Assembly: GCF_964204645.1 (NCBI RefSeq)
Contig: NC_134032.1
Coordinates: 6,374,275-6,438,274 of the forward strand
Direction of reading: 5' to 3'
Source: Tubulanus polymorphus
Taxonomy: Eukaryota; Animalia; Nemertea
Length of the DNA: 64,000 nt
Position 1 is the stretch's first letter. Each line of letters starts with the position of its first letter. The notes under the pieces were generated by a model. That model saw nothing but the letters and a program-made list of their open reading frames with translations. It had not been told where the DNA came from and did not search any database. Both the position numbers and the translations under genes were made by a program. This document shows positions 25,533 to 36,815 of this stretch, one piece after another.

Positions 25533-25874
25533 TTATTTATCAAAAAAATTACTATCATCAAAATATTTAGTTATCTTAGTGATGATTAATTCGACATTTA
25601 TTTCATTACTACTTTTATGATTATCATATATTTTGGATAATATGTTTTTGATACCTTCAATAATTCCATCTTCATTTAATTCATAATATTCTAAAGGTGA
25701 TTTAATTAAATCAATTACTTTTTCTATATTATAATTTTCTTTATCAATCATTGATGCATTGTTAAATGATTTACTTTTTATATCAGTAATTACATCATTT
25801 AGTTTAATTCTCATTTCTTTACCATGTTTAAAATCAAACCCAAAACATATACTCGGTCCAACAGTTATATTCAT
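25533..25874 (-). CDS. Hypothetical protein
   Basis: 113 aa. Its stop abuts the next start (TAAATG), and it carries the shared upstream motif. Confidence 0.7.
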   Translation of the reverse strand: MNITVGPSICFGFDFKHGKEMRIKLNDVITDIKSKSFNNASMIDKENYNIEKVIDLIKSPLEYYELNEDGIIEGIKNILSKIYDNHKSSNEINVELIITKITKYFDDSNFFDK

Positions 25875-25891
25875 TTATATAGTGAAAAAAA

Positions 25892-26400
25892 TTACTCTCT
25901 ACATCTTACAACTAATTCATAAATTACGGGGAAATTATTTAAATCAATTAAGTATCCATTATGATTTCTAATTTCTAATCTAAAATTATTAAAACGAGGA
26001 ATGCATGGTTTGAAATCACATTCTGTTAAATTATAATTTATTTGCGTTCCAAATTCTTTAACATTACCTTTTACTCTAATTCTTTAATTCTTTAACTACT
26101 ACCTAATTTGTGCCAGGCTTTTCTATTAATTTCTTGTGCTAATGTATCTAAATTATATAACCCCGGTTTTAAGTATATATAGACCCATTCATTTTTATTT
26201 TTATTAAAAACTAAAAAGGCTCTATGTTCAATAGTTTTATTCGATATATTGTAAAAAGAATTACATAAACTTATATTTACTAATTTTAAATCAACACAAT
26301 TCTTAAATTCTCTATCTAATTGTACTAATAAATTATGTGATTTATAATTTGTAAGTTTTCTAGAATCTACAAATATTCTGTATTCTTTTAATTCTACCAT
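25892..26400 (-). pseudogene. Minor capsid protein (penton-like single jelly-roll) with internal lesion near 26085-26100
   Basis: N-terminus IFVDS...NSFYNIS...LKPGLYN..LAQEIN. In another frame, C-terminus FRLEIRNHNGYLIDLNNFPVIYELVV..* ends at 25892. Both ends look like penton termini, but only ~165 codons remain. Confidence 0.65.
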
Positions 26401-26405
26401 TTATT

Positions 26406-26768
26406 TTACATATTTAATTCGAAATCTATTTCATGGTGCCCTTTTTCATTCTTACCTTTGTATACGAAATAGAAATCTCCAGAACATAATTCTTCTAAAT
26501 CTTCACTTGATAATCTATGAAATCTATCCGGTAAATATGTTCTGAATTGATATGTATTTCCTTTTAATCCTTCATATTTAAAGTGTATAACTAATTTATC
26601 TCCATAGTTATTAGTAACTGTAACAATATTTGTAATTAGATATTTCTTATGGATTATTAATTCTGTTAACTTTTTGAATTTATAATCTACAGATTTTACA
26701 TTTGTGATATCTTTAATTCTATCTAGAAATAATTTGTTGTTCTCACTGTGCGCTTGTTTACTCTCCAT
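26406..26768 (-). CDS. Small protein next to pPolB, possibly an OB-fold ssDNA-binding protein
   Basis: 120-aa intact ORF. Beta-strand pattern FKKLTEL..KYLI..YGDKLVI..YLPDRF..FVYKG. The function is inference only. Confidence 0.55.
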   Translation of the reverse strand: MESKQAHSENNKLFLDRIKDITNVKSVDYKFKKLTELIIHKKYLITNIVTVTNNYGDKLVIHFKYEGLKGNTYQFRTYLPDRFHRLSSEDLEELCSGDFYFVYKGKNEKGHHEIDFELNM

Positions 26769-26797
26769 TTTAATAACATATTTTTATCAAAATTTGA

Positions 26798-29700
26798 TTA
26801 ACACGTTAGAATTCTTTTCATTATCTCGTTCTCTTTTGTTTCTTCTCTTTTAAATCTTAAGTATTCATCTAAATTACAACCATAAGCAACTGTATGAATT
26901 CCATCATCTAAAATATATCTTTTATCATCAAATGGGTTTAGACTTACCTTTTCAATTTCTTCAACATATTGTTCATGATCTTCAGATCTTAAACTTCTCA
27001 TCTTATGTTTTCTAACTTCTTCATTGAATATACAATTGATGTAATCTTTGAAATGAATATTCTTTTCTACTACACTTTTGGTTATTCCTTTTAACTTTTT
27101 AGCTTCATGTTCTTTAGTTTTATATGAATACATTTTAGATCTAATACCAATGAATTCAATCATTTCTTCACCACCTAATTCATCTTTGAATTTACCAGGA
27201 ACTTTTTTATTATCATTGCTAAACAATTCATGATTTTTAGGATAGTTACTAAAATCAAAATGATGTTTTAATGTTTTTAAATCATCTGTTATGTTATCAG
27301 TTTTTATCTTTAATATGTAAGAATCTGTATTTTTTATGATTAATGGAAATCCACAATTAAATGTACCATCTTCAGTTGTTAAATCATAAACACATTCTGT
27401 AGGATTGGATATTTCTAATAAATCAGTAGCTTCTTCAGTTAGTTCATTTTCTACATGCGTTAATTGAAATACATTTAGTTTATCTTTTCTAATATTAACT
27501 AACATATTAAATCCTAATGAATTGCATAATATATTTAATCCTGATATAGCAACTTTTCCTTTTTGTGTCAAAGATATAGTTTTATGTTTTGTATAGTTTT
27601 TTGAACCATCTGCAGCATAAAATCCAATGAAGAACCATTTTCTTAAATCATATTTTGCATTTAATACATAATCTGGAACTATCTTTTCTTTTGTTGAAGT
27701 ATTACGTTTCACTATTGCATGAATATAGAATTCATCATTATATTTAATTGCAAAATCTTTAGTATTATTTACATGTATTCTATAAACTGCTGATGATTTC
27801 ATAACATCCATGATTCTAAATGTTTTATGTGAATAAACTTCTTCACAGTATTTCTTAATTCTTTCTAATAATTTCAAATCTTGATTGCATAAATACCAAC
27901 AATATTTAGTTCCACTAACATATTTATACACACCTGCTGAACCATCTCCCATAAAAAATCCTTTGATAAAATATTCTTTTTCTTCCAATGTTTCGGGTTC
28001 TATATTATAAATATTATCAATTATTTTATCAAATGACATATGATTCATTCTTGGGTAAAATCTGTTGTGTAATAATTCATCTCCAATTTTTATATCAGTT
28101 GGTTTTATTTCATCACCATTTTGTTTAATTAAACTATGATCTTCAGTAACATCAACAAATCCTAATTTAGTTCTAACTCTATAGATTTTCTTATTCGTTT
28201 TATGTCTAATTATATTCTTTAATTTCGCCCATCCATTTTTTGTCCAAACATCCATTAATCCATTTATTTGTATTAATTCTTTTTCACCATACGAAATATA
28301 AAGTTCATTTTGTTTTGGAATTATTTCTGAAATTCTTCTAATTAACATTTGATTATTATATTTTAAAAATATTGGGGTGTCAGCTGTTACAGAATCAAAA
28401 TATGATATTTCTATATGTTTTTCTCCAAAAAGTGGTTGTAATACATTATAATAGAATTCATACATTAGTAATTTTGATAATTCTAAAACTGAAGCGCCAA
28501 CATAGATTGGTTTATTAAATTTATTGATGTTCTTCTCATCTTAACTGCAGCTAAATTTTCATCAAATATTCTGTTACCAATGAACTTAGGATATGATTAT
28601 AAATGCCTTATCCTTTTACCATTACTGACTAACTCAATATCATTTCTATTTCTAATATTTTCACAAGTCTTACCATAGAATGCATTATTCATTAACTTGA
28701 AGAAATCTTTCTCGAAATCAGTTTTAGCTTTAGTTCTCTGTTTGGTGTTAAAATCTATATATTTTTCTAACCACTTAGATTGACTAAATGAAATATATCT
28801 ATGTACTTTTTTTAGAATCATTCCTTGATTCAAATAAAACTTTAACATTCTATAATGTACTACATAATTATATTTATCTTCTTGAGTTACCATTAACTTT
28901 TCTGTATGAATATGATTTTCAGGTTTAATTCTTTTTTGATAACTTGATAATTCTTCATGAGTTACAGTTTTATGTTCGGGGCAGTAAGCTAGATTTCTAG
29001 ATTTAAATTTAATATGTTCAGGATATTCTAAATCTACAACAAAGAAGTAACCAGTATCTGAATCATCTGCAATATCTAGAATTCTTTTCTTCCAATCAAA
29101 TTTATCATCATTTTCATTCTGTAAAACTTCACTTATTTCAAATACTCCATAAGGTTGTGGTTCCATCATTGCCCAACCATACAAATTATTTGCATCTATA
29201 TATAATAACTTATATCCGGGGTTATCATTTACATTGAAATATCTATCACCTAATACACCTGAAACTCCTCCTCTTATAGATTTTTCAAATAATAATAATT
29301 GATCTATATTTGTTAACAAATCCATTTTTATATCTGTAAATTTCAATCAACAATCCCATGTTAATCCTGGTGATGAATAACAATGACAAGGATCAATATT
29401 AAAATATTTTAGGTTTACATCTCTAAACCTTTCGAATATATCGGTTAATAATAATACATCTGATTTTAGATATAAATCTACTAATTGCCCATGATTTTCT
29501 ATTTTGAAATGATTCCAAATATTCAATGTTCTATTATAGACTTCATCTTTAACATATTCGTTTTTTAATTCATCATAGAATTGTTCTTTCAATAATTCAG
29601 TTATTTTAAAATCATTATGATTTTTATAGAAAGAATATGGAATTGCGCCTTTATATCTCATTAATTTAAAATCATCAATATTTGGGTAATATTCTTTTAA

Positions 29701-31891
29701 TATCTTTAATTCATCATCAACTAATGATTTTGATAAGTTATCTAATGAACGATTTAAAAATCTATATGAATCTATAAATCTTAAACACCCAAATTGGAAT
29801 GATATATAATTCTCAGATGTTTTAGCTAACATTCTAAATTTATAAGTTGGTATTTTATCTTTTGATCTATTTGAATTTAATATTTCTATTTCATTATTGA
29901 TTTCTTCTATTTTATAGCATAACTGTTTGATGAATAAATGTGCATCATATCCTGATAGATTATGAAATATAACTGCTACAAAATTAATTTTCTTAGCTTG
30001 TAAGTTACAATTCTCATGTGCAGCGCCTCTAAACTTTCCATTCAAATGATCATGGTCTCTTACTTTTTTATCTTTATAATTAAATATCTTTTCACAATAA
30101 TAACATTTACCTGCAAACGCAAATTCTTCTTTATCTTCTTCTGTCATAATTATTTCTTTATTTGTATTCAATAATTTACTAAATCTTATTTCATATTCAA
30201 TTAATAAGTCACAAAAATGATTGATAACATTTTCATTTCTATAATTATAATATTCACTTTCAATTAGTTCTGGATAATCAGATTTAATATATGACCCGAA
30301 AGCCGCAGCTGATTGATGAATCTTTTTAATAGTATTTGTTTTTGGTGGTTCATCTGAAAAATCATTTTCATTAGAATTTAATTTCTTTCTTTTATAATAT
30401 ATTTCTTTTCTATCTTGATCAGTTAATTCTTTATTTAATGATTCAAAATCTCCATATATTACAAATGGTACTTTATTTTTGTAATCATATTTTTTGAATT
30501 CTAATATTTTATCTTTTTCATTTGGTAAATCTAATTTACAATAATCATGATTTTCACATAATTGTTTATGATTTAATAACGTACTTTCATTACTGAATCT
30601 ATGTAAACATTTTCTACATAGATATATCTTATTATGGTGATCACTTTCTGTTCTAAAAAATAAATCTATTTGTTTAATCCACATATAATGATTCTCATAA
30701 TATAATATATCTATAACATCGTTTGAATCATAATCTTTTGATAGATATAAAGGTTCTAATGTATAATGTTTTATATTGTTACCTTTTGTATTTGGTAATT
30801 TGATTAAATCAAATACATTTATTTTTATATTATTATCTCTTTCTATTTTTGGGATGTTTTTAATTATAACAGGATACTTATCTATCTTATAATTATTTTC
30901 AAATAGTTTATAATTTGTTAATCTATAAGTATGTTTATTATAATCTTCAACTGAGTGTAAGCAACTTATTATAGCCCATAGAAAACATTTATCATCTTCA
31001 TTTTGTACATTTATTACAGCATTAGTTTTAAATGGTAGTTTAATATAACTTGTTCCATTTATACTATCATCTTTATAATAAGATAAATTATTTTCATCAA
31101 TTGGTATCGATTTAGTTAACTTATTATTTTTTGTGTTATAAACATGTAAAGTCATAAATATTATCTCATCAAATATTAAACCAGATCCTTCAAAATATTT
31201 CTCTTCTATTTTAGTTTTTACTTCATTATAACATTTATCTAATTTATCATCTATATGTTGTTTAGATATAATATGTTGTGAATGAGAATGGTTTATCTTC
31301 AGATTTTATAAACTTTACTTTAACTGATATACTAATTTTAGGATATTCAACATCAGTAATTATTTTTATAATATTTTTCATATTTTCTAAATGTTTTTTA
31401 TTTTCTTCTAATGTTTTTCCTTTATGAAATTTAAACTCGATAGCTGCTGGACCAATATCACTTTTAAATGCTTTGGTTATCTCTATATCTTTTTTATTAT
31501 CTAATGAATTAATATATTTTCTTACATCTTCCATGTATGATCTTTTATTGTTTAATTTATTTTTTATGCTTTTAATTGTCTTCTGTTTCTTATCATTATC
31601 TTTATCAAAATAATCTTCACCTAAAATATCATTATTCTTATTTCTAATATGACTTATAGATTTTAAATGTTCTTTATAATATCTTTTATCACTGAATGAT
31701 TGATTACATGTATCACATTTGTATGTTTCTTTTTCATTCTTTAATTCATCTAATTTAGATTCTAATTTATCATCTTTATTTTCTAGTTTCAATTTATTCT
31801 CTAAATGTGTTTTAGTTTTATTGTGTCTTGCTTTTTGGGATTTATCTATATTGATTTTACATGTTGGACAGTAGTACTTATTTGCTTCCAT
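26798..31891 (-). pseudogene. Protein-primed family B DNA polymerase (pPolB) polyprotein with intein; 2 premature stops and 2 frameshifts
   Basis: Exo motifs YGDFES, FHNLSGYD and YLKSD. Pol motifs YIDANNLYG, KLMNNAFYGK, YFD|TDS and KLKGI. Lesions: frameshift ~31265-31290, TGA 29347-29349, TAA 28597-28599, frameshift ~28521. Confidence 0.95.
27329..28393 (-). mobile_element. Intein with LAGLIDADG homing endonuclease (355 aa) inserted in pPolB motif C
   Basis: Block A SVTADTP, block B DVTEDH, LAGLIDADG blocks IKGFFMGDG and FIGFYAADG, block F VYDLTTEDG, terminal KN then +1 Thr. Removing it restores YFDTDS. Confidence 0.95.
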
Positions 31892-31907
31892 TTTAATACT
31901 AAATTTT

Positions 31908-32239
31908 TTATTAAAATTGATTTTAGAAGTTCAATGATTTATATTTTATTCATATATATGATTATTTTAAGAGTAATAGGGGTAATGGGCTTTCAAGCTA
32001 AAGGTTGAACGGGCGGGTGAGTAAAAAATGAATAACATGAAAATAATAACAATTTCTACTTGAATTAGGAGTGAAACTCATAAAAATGAAAAATAAATTC
32101 GAGCGTGCGAGAATTTATTTTTCATTTTTATGAGTTTCACTCCTAATTCAAGTAGAAATTGTTATTATTTTTATGTTTTTCATTTTTTACGAGCTCGACC
32201 GTTCGACCTTTGGCCTGAAAGCCTATTATCCCTATTACT
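31908..32239 (-). repeat. Right TIR; 31972-32239 is itself a near-perfect palindrome
   Basis: Reverse complement of the left TIR. Foldback around loop GAGCGTGCGA (32101-32110). Confidence 0.95.
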
Positions 32240-32448
32240 ACTATAGGTTTTTATTTGACGTACCTTACGAGCTTTCGCTTCTAATATAGATACTTCATCA
32301 GGTGAATAGTGCATGAGACTCATTCACCTGATTGAGTGAATGAGACTCATTCACCTGATGAACGAGCTTCTATACATTAGAAGCGAAAGCTCGTGCGTCA
32401 AATAAATAGTTAACCTATAGGCCTATAGTACTACCCGTCTCGTTACTC
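32240..32448. repeat. Larger part of a palindromic MITE-like element interrupted by the Polinton (left stub 16401-16423)
   Basis: GAGTAACGAGACG (16401) is the reverse complement of CGTCTCGTTACTC (ends 32448). Inner arms TATTTGACG..ACGAGCTTTCGCTTCTAAT / ATTAGAAGCGAAAGCTCGT..CGTCAAATA. Confidence 0.8.
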
Positions 32449-33138
32449 ATTTTAAACAAGGTTAACACGGCTACCGTACTCTACGAATTTTTGCCGAGTA
32501 GTCGCCGGCATGAGTGGTTAGAATGGGAGGAATGCGCTCTTTTAGTTGAGTTACATGTACGGTAACTTGTAACATGATATATGATGGCGACCAATTTAGC
32601 AACTGTTGAGCTATCAATCGCTTATAATGTCGTCCGTGTGCTACAACTGCGGGGCCCGGGAGACGGACAAGCGATAATATCTTTCCTGGCAAACGCCTAG
32701 TGACTTTTCAAGATGGCCACGCTTACAGCTTCGACTGTGCCGTTGGAGGTCCACGCGATAATTATTCGCTCTCTCATTGGCTAGTTGATGAGTCGTTTGT
32801 CGCTCGTCTCCAGCTCTCCCGCACACGGGAAACTCCCTCGGTGAGCAATTTCTCGGCGACGAGCAATTTTCCGTCGCCCAATATCAAACATGTTTGATAT
32901 TGGTCAATAGGCCTATCAAACATGTCTGATATTGGGCGACACGGAGCTATCATTTCGACGAGCAATCGCTGCCTCCCGTTGCCGCAGACGAGTGATTTTT
33001 ATCGACGCTGAGCAAATCGTTATTAAATACCGGTATGATATTCTCATTGAATTTGAGTTAGTGCAAATTTGCTCTCTGAAAAAATGTCGGCGTTAAGTGA
33101 GCAGTGACATTGGAAAGAATGCCGGACGGGCTTTGACC

Positions 33139-33393
33139 AGGGCCGTCACGGATCTAGGGGGTGTGTTGTGCTAGAGCACCCCCATTTGGAAATTATTCAC
33201 TTTCAGTTTGTTCATCGCTACATTTCAAAGACCTGTTATATTTCAAACATACAAGATGACCAAGAAATGCCTAAAACACAGAATTAAAAAACAGAATTGC
33301 GAAAATTAGGCCTAAAACAAATCTTTCAAAATTTTCTATGGGGAATGACTAGAATGGAGCACCCCCACTTTGAAAATCCTAGAACCGCCCCTG
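33139..33393. mobile_element. Short hAT-like MITE
   Basis: CAGGG...GGATCTAGG / CCTAGAACCGCCCCTG ends with duplicated GAGCACCCCC. Confidence 0.45.
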
Positions 33394-34394
33394 TTTACGG
33401 TAGGCTCTAGACCTACTATGTTATAATTTATTCAGGAAATCAAGTAGAAAAAATGATCTAATTTCTTTGTTAATTCATCCAATTTTACATCACTTTAGGA
33501 GTCAATCCGTTTTTTGAAAATGTTGATTGACATTTGAAATAAACTAGGCCTAAATCACTAATTCCTGCCAAAATAGACCGATGAATTGAAACTGTGGGAC
33601 AGCTTTCTGTGACTAAAAAAAGCAAAAATAAATTGTAATATTAATAATACCGGTCCGGTAATAATAAACATATCACATTTTATTCTTCTTAAAAAATTAT
33701 TTCTCCATTAATTTTTATCAGTCATTTTCATTACAAAATGATAATTTATACAAAAAATATATGGTACCATCAATATACATCCATTGTATTAATATAAATA
33801 TTATATCCTTATTTCTGTTTCGTGATAATTAATTAATTTGCAGGAACCCGTTTTTGCGGTTCTTTAACAACACAGTTCAGGCGCCACCAAAATTGACTCG
33901 AAACATTTTCAGGAATTTTCGGAAAGTTGTTCCTTTGTGAGTTCGGCACTGAACTGTCTTATTGTTGAAAATGTACATTGGTCTTTGATAATTTAGCTTC
34001 ATCTTAATAACGGGGCTTTCAGTAGGCCTATATAGCTAGCTGCAGCCATGACCAATAATTAAGTCAAAAGTGTATGATCTGTATATGATAGCTAGGTACA
34101 ATAGAACATAGAGCCTCATAACACCAGAAAATCTGTTAGGATCCAGTTCCACAGTTGTGAGTTACTCCGAGTTAAATAAATTCATTCCAATGAGTAAACT
34201 CAAATCTTAACTCACAACAGTGAATCCGTGTCCAGGGCACCAGAAAATCCGTTTGTACATCAGGTATATAACCAATAGTTCCTTATATCCACCATGAAAT
34301 TATTAAAATTGTGCTATTTGAAATTCTAGGATAACCAATAAATCATTATTACCGTACTCTATCATTGCCTTATTCCAGCGTATATTTCTAATAA

Positions 34395-34777
34395 GGGACC
34401 ATCCATTAAGTACATACGCACCACAGGGGGAAAGGGCATACAAATGTGTACAGGGGCATATGGTACGTACCTAATTATCATTTTTGCACTCTATTGACCA
34501 TTCTGCGTTCAAGCTAAACATGAAGTGAGATTTAATGACTAAATGTTCTCTATCGCATTCTTTATAATTTTGTAATAATGACTGCAACACGGACGATGAT
34601 TTTACTTGCACTATTTTATGATTAATACCCGGTAGGCCTACCATAGACGCTGCCTATCTGCTGAAAACAAAACTAAAACCTGTTGTAATGACAAAAACGT
34701 CAAATCTAAAGTGAAAAATACAGCTGCGGGGGCTGAAAATCGGCAGAATTTTGCATTTGTACTAAATGGATGGTCCC
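34395..34777. mobile_element. PIF/Harbinger-type MITE
   Basis: TIR GGGACCATCCATT.AGTACA; TAA TSD. Confidence 0.8.
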
Positions 34778-34882
34778 TAATGTTTAGTGATTCAACCCTT
34801 TCAGTGCATCCACACCACAGTGCGGTGTATAAATTGGTGGAATTTACTAGTACACCTGCAGTGTGATGTATTGACATAATTA

Positions 34883-35382
34883 CAGTCAACCTCGCTTAAT
34901 TCGTAGTCGGTATAACTACCAAATTCGTAAAAAAATGAAAGGTCCTGATTTTTTCTTTTGGTATTCCATTTGATTTCCATCGCATAATTCGAACTTCATA
35001 ATTCGTAAATTGTAGCCTTATCCACGGTTCCTTTTCTTAAAAACAATTGAAAATGTGGCACGTAATTCATATTCCATTGTTCTGCCTGCTGGCAATGATT
35101 GACAAGCTTATCAATTACTCATCAAGTCATTGCCACTGAACGTGCCGACATTCAAGTCTAAACAATGAATGGCCGTGGTACGTGGCATTTCTTCCTATGC
35201 CAGTGGAAACAAATTTCACCAGGTTTCTATTCATAGTTTATACTAATCAATAGATAAATCATTAATTCTACAATTGTACATAGGCTAATCAATAGAAAAT
35301 ATGAATAACGTGTAAGCCGTATAATGTCTAATTCGTTGAAAAAACCACGGTTCCAAGAGGTACGAAATAAGCGAGATGAATG
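34883..35382. mobile_element. Tc1/mariner-type MITE
   Basis: TA-CAGTCAACCTCGCTTAATTCGTA...TACGAAATAAGCGAGATGAATG-TA. Confidence 0.65.
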
Positions 35383-35659
35383 TAGTTATATTCTCTAATG
35401 AGAGATGGCAGCACCTGTCAAACATTTACGATACAGGTGCGGGGTAGATGCATAATAGCAGTATTCATGTCTTTTAATCAAATTGTTTTCAAATTATCTT
35501 AAGCACTTTCTGGTATAAATCAGCCAGCACTGAAAGGATTACGTAATGAATGCTCCCTTATTATCTATCTGCATGCAAAAAATTTGAGTTTAATTTTTTT
35601 CGTGAAACCGTACCCTGTGCTAAGTTGCGGAGTCATCCCTAAGCTTAATCTTTATCTTA

Positions 35660-35970
35660 AGTCTTCAGACTGGTCTTTAGTTGTCAGACATCAGATTGGC
35701 TATACATTTGTAGAAGCAAAATGAGCTTAGACGTGTCTTTCGTTGTTAGATAAGCTATAGAACCAAATGAGCTTTGACTGGTCTTAAGTTGTTTACTTAG
35801 CTATAGAACCAAAATAAATGAGCTAAGACTGATCTTAAGTTGACGGATCGGTTATGGAACTAAAATTAGCATATATAGACTGGTCGTAAGTTGTTATATA
35901 GGTTAGAGGCCTAGAACTATCGTAGTCTTAGACTGGTCCTAAATCTAAGCCATGACCATGCAACCGGGCC
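35660..35970. repeat. Degenerate ~50-bp tandem array of a dispersed family (also ~54420-54620 and ~6690-6790)
   Basis: Repeated GACTGGTCTTAAGTTG..GATTGGCTATAGAACCAAAATGAGCTTA-like units. Confidence 0.7.
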
Positions 35971-36815
35971 CACCCCAGATAATTAATTACTTAAGTATGA
36001 TGTATCATGAAGTTGAGTTAAGCCTAGGAGGTCTATCCTACAGACCTTTTAACTTCATTAGCAAAAGCTGCATTCATTGGAACAGCCTTTCTACCAACTA
36101 GGCCGCAAAAAGCCGAAGCCGGCTAGATAAGATGTAGCTATTTAGATTGTAGATTAGATTTAAATACAGCATGTTTCTCGATTACACAATAAACCCTGGC
36201 AATAACGAGTGCATCCTCCTAACTGGAAGCTTTCGATAGTTACGGTAAACAAGATGATCCCGCTGCTAGAGAAATGCTTACAACGCATACAAAAATACTG
36301 CTGCTTTTCATTAAAATCGATTGAACTCAATTAGTCTGATTGTAAAATCAATTGATTTTGAATAAAGTCACACAATCATTTGTCGTAGCGTTGATTTGTC
36401 CTATATTATTTAACAAACACACGCGATGAAACACTCCCGCGTCCGTGTTGTAATGATAATATAAAAAACCCACACTCAGAAAAAAATACTGATAAATAGC
36501 CTACACTCATATCAGGACCCCTGATATACATGTATTAGTTCGACTGCTTAAATTTTTAGTTTGCAAATGTTTTGCGCTGTAGTTCCCCCTAGTTCGCACA
36601 CCTGATTATTTGATTAGTCTTTTTGTTCTCACACTAGTATTCCTGAAGATGACTATCAGGAAGATGACTATCAGGATATACAGGGTGTCCCATTAACATG
36701 AAGTCAAAACAATTAGAATAAGCTACTTGTTTAAGGACACATTTCCGCAGTATTCCTGCATTCGACAATTAGTAGCTGTATATCACCCGAGCTTCTATCG
36801 CACCTACCTTGATTA

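Larger units (their letters stand above)
16424..32239. mobile_element. Polinton/Maverick (adintovirus/Polinton-like virus) endogenous element, both ends present, genes partly decayed
   Basis: Termini AGTAATAGGG...CCCTATTACT. 6-bp TSD ACTATA at 16418-16423 and 32240-32245. Long TIRs. Integrase, ATPase, capsid and pPolB genes in a compact, intronless, AT-rich block. Confidence 0.97.

Noticed and set aside
20050-25971. Plus-strand ORFs antisense to element genes (20050, 20216, 21965, 22208, 22460, 24930, 25759)
   Set aside because: Shadow frames of A-rich coding strands, with no motifs or start signals.
28521-29349. Programmed readthrough or frameshifting to express pPolB
   Set aside because: Four separate lesions, including a TAA, plus damage in other genes fit neutral decay better.
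31913-31920. AAAATTGA (Mimivirus early promoter octamer) in both TIRs
   Set aside because: It points away from the adjacent genes and is expected by chance in such AT-rich DNA.
16424-32239. Element as assembly contamination or a free virus
   Set aside because: The exact 6-bp TSD and the host palindrome continuing across both junctions indicate integration.
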